Part shown: one piece after another, positions 55,492 through 64,000 of the stretch
How positions within the stretch are numbered: the first letter of the stretch is position 1
Layout of the letters: each line of letters opens with the position of its first letter
NCBI GenBank assembly: GCA_951406725.2
Contig: OX597819.1
Coordinates: forward strand, 36,952,001 to 37,016,000
Reading direction: 5' to 3'
Length of the DNA: 64,000 nt
From: Octopus vulgaris
Taxonomy: Eukaryota
Notes under the pieces: generated by a model
What the model saw: only the letters and a program-made list of their open reading frames with translations
What the model was told of the DNA's origin: nothing
Databases searched by the model: none
Program-made: the position numbers and the translations under genes

Positions 55492-57640
55492 TGATTGATT
55501 GATTGATTGATTCCAGTTTCAGCTTATGAGCTGTGGCCATGCTGGGGCACCGCCATTTGGTGTTGCTACTTGGTTTCACTTCATGGAGGCTTTCTAGCAA
55601 CTGCTATTTGGTGCATGAGAGAGTTCGATGCAGCTGCCCTCATCTGCCCCTCCTGCCGTGAAGTTGGTTCATCTGGGACACCTGACAGGAAGAGATCCAG
55701 CTCCATTTTAAAGACATCTGTATCCACCCCATGCAGGTCTCTCAGGTTCATCGGGAGGATATTGAAGAGCTGTGGGCCTCGGAAGCCCAGGCTATCACAG
55801 AATCTTGTCCTACATCTTGATGGCAAGTTGGAGTCCTAGGCACCACGCAGTGGCGCCCAGTTCTGGCGTTTGCGTAACTCTCGATGCCAAAGTTCAGGAC
55901 ACTTCCCTCCAGGATCTTCCAGATGTATATTATGGCATATCTTTCCCGCCTACGCTCCAGGGAATATAATTTTAATCTCTTGAGTCTTTCCCAGTAGCTA
56001 ACATTCTGCATAGAGGCTATCTTCTTCGTGTAGCTTCGTTGGATCGCCTCAAGTTCTGTGATCAACTTGACACTGGATGGTAACCATAGCTGAGAGCAAT
56101 AGTCAAAGTGACTTAGGACAAGTGTCTTCCAGAGGACCATCATGGTTTCTTGTTCTCTTGTTCTAAAGGTTCTAAGAATCCATCCAGCCAGCCGTCTGCA
56201 TTTCATTGTCAGTTTAGCAACATGTACATGAAAGGTCGCGTCATCACTCATGTGAATACCCAGGTCACGCACTGATTGTGCCTCTGGGATTGCAATCCCT
56301 CCGGGTCCAGTGTATTCCTTGGGTATTGCATTCAGTTTTGCATGCTGATAGTATAAAGCTTGAAACTTTTCAGCATTGAACTGCATGCTATTCTTTTCAG
56401 CCCACTTGTATATTTCGTCCAGCTCATATTGCAGGTGCCTAGTGTCTTCAGGGTTCTGTATTGCCTGTGAAACTTTTGTATCATCTGCATAACTTGTGAT
56501 CGTGGCTCTCCGCGTGGCTGAGGGCATGTCTGAGAGGGCCATTATGAACAGTAGTGGTCCCAAAACAGTGCCCTGTGGAACACCGCTCACTATTTGCGTG
56601 CTACTACCACCTGACTTCTATTCTTCAGAAAGTCGTGAAGCCATTCTCCTAGTTTTCCAACTATGCCAAGATCACGCAGTTTGTGACATATCATTCCATG
56701 ATCGACTTTATCGAAGGCCTTTGCGAAGTCGAGATATATGACTTCCACATTTGAGTGGTTGAGCAGTTGTTTCAGCACCCAGTCATAGTGCTGCAGGAGC
56801 TGAGTTAAGCAGCTTCTTCCTGGTCGGAAACCATGTTGGGTGTCAGGCAGCAAGTCATTTTCTTCAAGGAAGGTGATTAGTTTCCTTCTGACTATTCGTT
56901 CCATGACCTTGCTGATGTGTGAGGTCAGAGAGATAGGTCTGTAGTTCTTGGCCTCCGCTCTGCTACCTCCTTTATGAATAGGGCATATTTTACCTTCCTT
57001 CAGTTTTCTTGGAAGTTTGCCAGCTGCAAGGAAGCTCTGAAAGAGGAACTGCAGTGGTCTTGCTAAGACTCTCTTACATACTTTTAGGAGGATTGCCGGG
57101 AATCCATCGGGGCCAATAGCTGAGTCTATTTTCATTTCATCTATAGCCTTTATTACATCGTCATCCTTTATATCGATGTAATTTAACGTCGCCGCCTCTG
57201 ATTCTATATCTGCAGTGGTAAAGAAGTCAGTTGGATTGCTGATTTGGAAATGCCCAAGGGGTGGAGTGAAAACACTCTTGAATTGTTCATTCAGTATTTC
57301 ACTTACCCTCATTGGTTTTCCTGTGAGTGTGCCATCCTTTTCAAGGAGTGGCCCTATCCTACAGTGCACCGTAGCTGTTTCTTTGGCATACCTGTAGAAA
57401 GCTCTGGGGTTAGTTTTTATGTTGTATATAGCCCAGGCTTCTTTGTCTGCTCTTTCCTTCTCATGGGAGAGTTGCAGACAATTTTCAATTTCCAACAGTT
57501 TTATTTTCAGGCGGGACTTTTCACTGCTTTCAATTTGTTTGTTTAGGCGATTTGAGATTTTTGTACGCCGTCTCATTAAAATTTTTCTCTCTCTGGGGAT
57601 TTTGTTCTTGTGTACAGTGGCCTTTCTCTCTGGGACACAT
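55492..57640 (-). mobile_element. 5'-truncated CR1-group LINE with (ATCA)n tail; frameshifts near 56590 and 55825
   Basis: GPDG, NYRPISLTS, QHGFRPGRSCLTQL, YLDFAKAFDKVDH, SGVPQGTVLGPLLF, YADDTK, LERRRERY. Confidence 0.9.
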
Positions 57641-58254
57641 TTATATATATATATATATATCGAACATTTAATCATAGAATATACATGTATAACATCACGG
57701 AGGATGAAACATAATTCATCAGTACAAGCATATAAGAAAATGCGAGAAAAATGTGTGAATACAGTTCATCACGGTTAAAAGTTAATACTTTAGCGATTAA
57801 GAAATATATATATTTTTAAAAAACATTACAACACCTAGAATAATAAATACGTAAAAATGTAAAGTAATATATAAATATATAGATATATAAAAATATATAA
57901 AAATACATATATATAGGAAGCATATAAATGAGTAATATATAATATATAAGGTAAGATAAAGCACACCTCGAGACACGTGTGATTCGAACCGAAAAGCTCT
58001 CGTAAAATGAGAGAGTCCGGAAGTGAAAACTATTAAATTAACATCTAATATAGGATAGAATTTTTCGAAAAAATTTCTATCAATGGCCAGCATATTAAAA
58101 AATACCTTTAAAGGTTAAATTTATAAACAATTTATAAGTAAGAGCAAAAGAGAGTTTCTATTTTGAATATATTTGGGGTGTTTGATTGTGCTCGTGGCTT
58201 AGTGTTCGATTCTTCCATGGGTATGAGTAAGTATTTCACTTATATCTTTACCGC

Positions 58255-58379
58255 ATTTATCACTGACGAAGAGAAGGTTCTTATGAACTAACTCTGAAAT
58301 CGGGTCCGATATGGTAATAGCAGAATCTTTTAGAAATCTCTGTCGGCTTTCTTCGAAACACGTGCTTGTCGTGATAAAT
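58255..58379 (+). ncRNA. Hammerhead-like motif with extended stem II
   Basis: ATTTATCA-CTGACGA...CTTC-GAAA-CACGTGCTT-GTC-GTGATAAAT. Confidence 0.4.
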
Positions 58380-58495
58380 TACATGATTATTGACGTTGTG
58401 TCTATTTTCGGCATATTTTGGCATTAGAAATGTTTTCTTTTGCCCTTACTTATAAATTGTGTATATATATATATATATGCATATACATATATATA

Positions 58496-59994
58496 CAGCC
58501 TTAGCCAAAAGTATTAGGCCACCCCAATGTTTTGGGGTTCTGCTATCTCAATGTTAATGAAACTCGTGCACATGTTAGATTATGGTATATCTCACAATAT
58601 ACATTAGTTTTAATATCTGGTTCACCCTCCTTTACCATTAATTACAGCTTTTATACGGTTAGGTATTGAACCATCTAGTTTCTTGCAGGTGCTAGGCGCA
58701 ATTTTACTCCTCTCTTCTCTCAAATTTTGATACAAATGCTCTTTATTTTTAATTGTTGTTTTCTTGATAGCTTAACCAAGAGTTCCCCATAGGTGTTCAA
58801 TCAGATTTAGATCGGGACTTTGAGCTGGTCAGTCCATGGGAACAATACCCTGTGTCTCAAATCATTGATGAATATTCTTTGCTGTATGACATGGAGTGTT
58901 GTCCGTTTGAAAGATAACACTGTTTTTCGACACTCCTGGATGCAATTTAGCAATTGATGGCACTAAAACATCTGATAACATAGAAACATGGGTAGCCGAA
59001 TTCATCCATCCCTGATATAAAACATTTCTCTGGGTCCTGTGGCAGACATGCTAGCCACACCATGATAGAACCACCCCCATGTTTTACGGTTATTACCAGG
59101 CATTCAGCCTTAAATGCTTTCCCAACTCTGCGACCGAAAACCTGAGTATAAACAATAGTATTAGCTTAATGTTGGAAACAGTTTTACATATGTTGGGCCA
59201 CAAATCAGTTACATTACGTTTATATGTTGATTGAATACATGTATTATCTTACCCTATAGTTACTTTCATCAGACCATATGACTTTTGACCATTGCTCACT
59301 GGTCTAATTTGAGTGGTTTTGGGCTCACTGAAGACGTTTTTCCATATTCGCTTCAGAAACCCATGACTTCTTCCTGGCTTTATAGACTTTCAGACCGTAC
59401 TCTACAAGCCTTCTTCTAACAGTTCTGGTTGATATTTGTGAAGTACTTGCCTTGTTGAAGTACTTGCCTTGTTGTTCCTCTTCGATTACTATCCCAAACA
59501 GCAGTAGCTTTCTTCAACCGGATACACGTCGTTGATTGGTTGTATGTATTGTCTTCACATATTCTGTCTCTCTGAACTGCTTGAGAGTCGTTTGCACTGC
59601 ATATCGAGAACATTTCATAATTCTGAGCAATTTGCGTTTGAGACATCGCATCTTCATGATGAGCTACGATTTGACCTCGCTCATAATCACTCAACTCCCT
59701 TGTTTTAGGCATTTTACTGTTTATTAACTGTATCTGCAATGTATTTTAGCATAAAACTCTGAAATAATCTAGGAAACATAAGTTAATTTTGGACGTTGGT
59801 CTTACTCATATTTGGTTGCATATGTCCAGTACATTATAAAAGCGGTAATTGAAGCTAAAGGAGGGTCAACCAGATATTAAAGCTAATGTATATTGTGAAA
59901 TGTACCATAATCTACCATGTGCACGAGTTTCATTAACATTGAGATAACAGAACCCCAAAACATTGGGGTGGCCTAATACTTTTGGCGAACGCTG
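58496..59994 (-). mobile_element. Tc1-like transposon, complete ends, decayed transposase
   Basis: ~140-bp TIRs (CAGCCTTAGCCAAAAGTATTAGGCCACC / GGTGGCCTAATACTTTTGGCGAACGCTG), TA flanks; MPKTRELSDYERGQIV, FQTDNTPCHTAK, QSPDLNLIEHLW. Confidence 0.9.
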
Positions 59995-60118
59995 TATATA
60001 TGATATATATAATATTAAATAAGAGATAAAACCACTATTAGGCAAATCAAACAATGAAAACACAAGCCAATCCATAAAATTAATTAATTTGTATTAATTA
60101 ATTAATATATATATAGAG

Positions 60119-60167
<49 letters not shown>

Positions 60168-60170
60168 TAT

Positions 60171-60217
<47 letters not shown>

Positions 60218-60756
60218 TAGATATAGATATATGTATGTATGTATGCACGCGAACACACATGTACAACACAAATATATATTAAGGCAGTTGTCCTAATGGT
60301 TAGGACGTTAGTTCTACGATCAAGGCGTTGTGAGTTCGAGGCTGGGTGTTGCGTCCTTCAGTAAATCCTTTTATTTCCCGTTGAACCAGTCTATTCAGTT
60401 GAAATAAATCCCTTTCGAGTGAAACTTGCTGCCGTTCAGATGTCACGTCCTCATTGTTCTGCTGGATCAGGGAGTAGGACGGTGGAAGAGTGTCTGTTTT
60501 GGTTGTGACCGCATATGCATCTAAAACAATTAGCAAAATCAATGTGCATCTTGTATCTTTTACATGTTTCAGTCATTAGATAGTAGCCAAGTTGCGGCAC
60601 CACTTTGAAGAACTTTACACGAATGAATTCACCCCACTACTTATTGTTCTTTTCAAACCTTTATTCCGTCGATGTCTTTTGCCGAACTGCAAATACAACA
60701 CCATCAGTTGTCAAACGATGGTGGTGGGGGACAACAAACACATACACACACACACA

Positions 60757-60807
<51 letters not shown>

Positions 60808-61020
60808 GGAGGCGCAATGGCCCAGTTGTTAGGGCAGCGGACTCGCGGTCGTAGGATCGCGGTTTCGATTCCCAGACCGTTCGCCACAACTTTCTCTCAC
60901 TCTTTCTTCTGTTGGCCTGCTCGTTTAGCCAGCGAGGTGGCGTCATTTGAAGGCTAAAACAATGCGAAGTGCATTGTGACCAGCGATGTGTAGCAACATG
61001 TGATAGCCTGGTCGGTCACG
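60808..61020 (+). mobile_element. tRNA-derived SINE
   Basis: GGAGGCGCAATGGCCCAGTTGTTAGGGCAGCGG...GGTTTCGATTCCC. Confidence 0.7.
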
Positions 61021-61278
61021 TATGTGAGTTTAGATATGTTTTTGCGCGTATGTTTGTGTGTATTGAATGTTGTTTGTTCGTGCATATGAAATTCCCATGC
61101 CTTCTCTTCTATAAATCTAATGCCATATATGTTTCCGTGTATATACGAGTTTGCGCGCGCGCGTGTGTGTGTGTGAAGAGAGAGAAAGAGCCAGTGAGAA
61201 AGAGAGAGAAAGGCAGATTGATTGATTGACTGATAGATTCTTTGTATTTCTTAAAATGAAGATATCATTAAGGCCCAC

Positions 61279-62959
61279 GGATCTATTCTATCTCAATCAC
61301 AGATTTTTTTAATTAATTTTTTTAACTAAACAGTTTGAAACTTCGAATACTGGTAGAATTTGTCACGGAGAACACTGTTTACTCTGAACGTCTTTGACAA
61401 AATTTCCTAATTTAGAAGTTATTTCGTGTTAAGGTTGTCGTATTTGGGTAATTTCAACCAATCAAAGACCTGTATTTGGTTGAAGAAAGTTATTGCTGTT
61501 TGTGATAGTAATCGAAGAGGAACAGCTTCCTGGTCATCTCTACTAAATTTCACCACTCTGTTCTATTCGTCACCTTTATCCTTCCTTTCTAGTCAGCACC
61601 GTGCATTCCTTACTCTTTCTCTCTCTCTATTCGTACCTTTATCCTTCTTTCTTTTCTATTCAGCACCGTGCATTCCTTATTCTTTCCCTCTCTCTATTCG
61701 TACCTTTATCCTTCTTTCTTTTCTATTCAGCACCGTGCATTCTTTATTCTTTCCCCCCCTTATACACTATCAACTAGGAAACATCGAGCGAACTTGTCAC
61801 TGCCACTACAATTACCGTATCTTCAGGTATATATGCCGCTGTTTGTTTTGTTTTACCTTCATGTTTCGATAATGTTATTTTTAATGTAATAAAAGCTTAT
61901 ATATTTATTTTTTTATTGCCCACAGGGGGCTAAGCATAGAGGGGACAAATAAGGACAGACAAAAGGATTAAGTCGATTATATCGACTCCAGTGCGTAACT
62001 GGTACTTATTTAATCGATTCCGAAAGGATGAAAGGCAAAGTCGACCTCGGCGGAATTTGAACTCAATGTAAGGACAGATGAAATACCTATTTCTTTACTA
62101 CCCACAAGGGGCTAAACAGAGAGAGAACAAACAAGGACAGACAAAAAGATTAAGTCGATTATATCGACCACATTGCGAAACTGGTATTTATTTAATCGAC
62201 CCGAAAGGATGAAAGGCAAAGTCGACCTCGGCGGAATTTGAACTCAGAACATAACAGCAGACGAAATACCTATTTCTTTACTGCCCACAAGAGGCTAAAC
62301 ACAGAAGGGACAAACAAGGAGAGACAAACGGATCAAGTCGATTACATCGACCGTAGTGCGTAACTGATACTTAGTTTATCGACCCCGAAATTATGAAATC
62401 AAAGTCGACCTCGGCGGAATTTGAACTCAGAACATAACGGCAGACGAAATACCACTAAGCATTTCGTCCGGCGTGCTAACGATTTTGCCAGCTCGCCGCC
62501 TTAATAAAGACTTTTATATTGACGAAACGTGTTTGTTGTCGATTATAGTAGGATAAAATCATAACAATAACAATACATATCATCGTTGTAAAATAAGGCA
62601 TTTTGAAACAACATATACGTCAACAAGAAAAAAGCTAGCTGCGGGCACGTTGCTCTATGATGTTGATTCTTCGAACAGAGTGGTGACATTTAGTAGAGAT
62701 GAACCGGAAGTTGTTCCTCTTCGATTACTATCGCAAACAGCAATAGCTGTCTTAAACCGAATACACGTCGTTGATTGGTTGAAATTACCCAAATACGATA
62801 ACTTTAACATGAAATAACCACTAAAGTAGGAAATTTTGTCAAAAACGTTCAGAATAAACCATGTTCTACGTGAGAAATTCTACCAGTATTCAAAGTTTCA
62901 AACTGTTTAGTTAGAAAAGAAATTAATTAAAAAATCTGTGATTGAGATGGAATAGATCC
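61279..62959. mobile_element. Non-autonomous DNA element with ~285-bp TIRs (GGATCT ends, Merlin-like), internal ~67-bp tandem repeats and an inserted SINE trimer
   Basis: 61279-61563 is the reverse complement of ~62673-62959; CAGCACCGTGCATTC recurs about every 67 bp. Confidence 0.75.
61905..62500 (-). mobile_element. Meta-type SINE trimer (one head, three bodies)
   Basis: ~180-bp units joined at GAAATACC|TATTTCTTTA (~62087, ~62270). Confidence 0.85.
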
Positions 62960-63407
62960 AAGCTGACTAATGTCATTAAAATATATTTCAGACCAGATAA
63001 AACCGAGAACGAATTGTCAAACTGAACTCTAAATACCCTTTGTCATCTGAACATATATTTTCATTCATATCAGCTGCATATTTATTTATTTATTTATTTT
63101 TCTGAATTTTCATAGCTTAAGCATCAAAGATACAAAATTATTAATGTTCTCAAACGTCTTTACCCTTTATCATTGATAAGCGTATGTTTGCTTTTCTCCC
63201 TCCCTTTTCCCATCCACACGTTTTTCTTCAATTAACATATCTCTGTGATGTCTCGTTTTCGAGTCGCAAGTGATAAGCGCGTGCTTCGTAAAAATGCAAA
63301 ACAGAATCGTCATAACCATGATTAGGATGAATTTTATTACCCCAGTCTAGTCAATAAACAATTGACACGAACTAAAAAGAGGTCTGGATTATATCTTTTC
63401 ACTCTCA

Positions 63408-63638
63408 GGCGGCGAGCTGACAGAATCGTTAGCACGCCGGGCGAAATGCGTAGCCGTATTTCGTCTGCCGTTACGTTCTGGGTTCAAATTCCGCCGAGGT
63501 CGACTTTGCCTTTCATCCTTTCGGGGTCGATAATTTAAGTGCCAGTTATGCACTGGGGTCGATGTAATCGACTTAATACCTATGTCTGTCCTTGTTTGTC
63601 CCTTCTGTGTTTAGCCCCTTGTGGGTAGTAAAGAAATA
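63408..63638 (+). mobile_element. Full-length monomeric Meta-type tRNA SINE
   Basis: GGCGGCGAGCTGACAGAATCG head, GGTTCAAATTCC box B, GCCTTTCATCCTTTCGGGGTCGATAA core, GTAAAGAAATA end. Confidence 0.85.
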
Positions 63639-64000
63639 TATATTTTTCCACTCTCTATAAAACCTTCTCTAAACTGTTCTTATGCTACTATAATAACGAT
63701 CGTAAAAATAACTAAGAGTATTATATAAGGGAAAGCTTAAATGCATGCATGTGTGTGTGTGTGTGTGTGTGTATGCATGCATGTATTTATTTCAGGTAGC
63801 TCTTAAAGCTACTGGTAACATGTAACCCAGTACAGCCTGTTTCAATATTAGGCGGTACGAGACTACACTACATAAGCTTCCTTGGCAAGGATAGTTGTTT
63901 TCGTTGAACATCCTGCAGGACGAATAACAAAATTTGTAAAAGGTAGGATGAAGTCAATAACGTCAACGGCCAGCCATCAGTTGGGAGTGAGAGACAGCTA

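Overview
AT-rich, microsatellite-dense eukaryotic DNA with no recognisable host exon. The SINE families look like those of octopus (coleoid cephalopod); this is an inference from repeat recognition. Nearly all short ORFs in the track are microsatellite translations. The window is a transposable-element landscape: R4/Dong-type, CR1-group, RTE and Penelope-like (PLE) retroelements; Tc1/mariner, hAT, Merlin-like and Helitron DNA elements; and many tRNA-derived SINEs. The main structure is a ~7.3-kb head-to-head inverted duplication (13490-20833) of a young Neptune-like PLE (RT + C-terminal GIY-YIG). It has near-identical ~3.46-kb arms, a 411-bp spacer with microhomology at the junction, a microsatellite-laden 3' region, and a terminal minimal hammerhead-like motif with a U3-A8 core variant. 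Other notable items are further hammerhead-like motifs, a MITE family carrying TTAGGG repeats (3 copies, 8-bp TSDs), SINE multimers joined at a fixed junction, and several shorter foldbacks.
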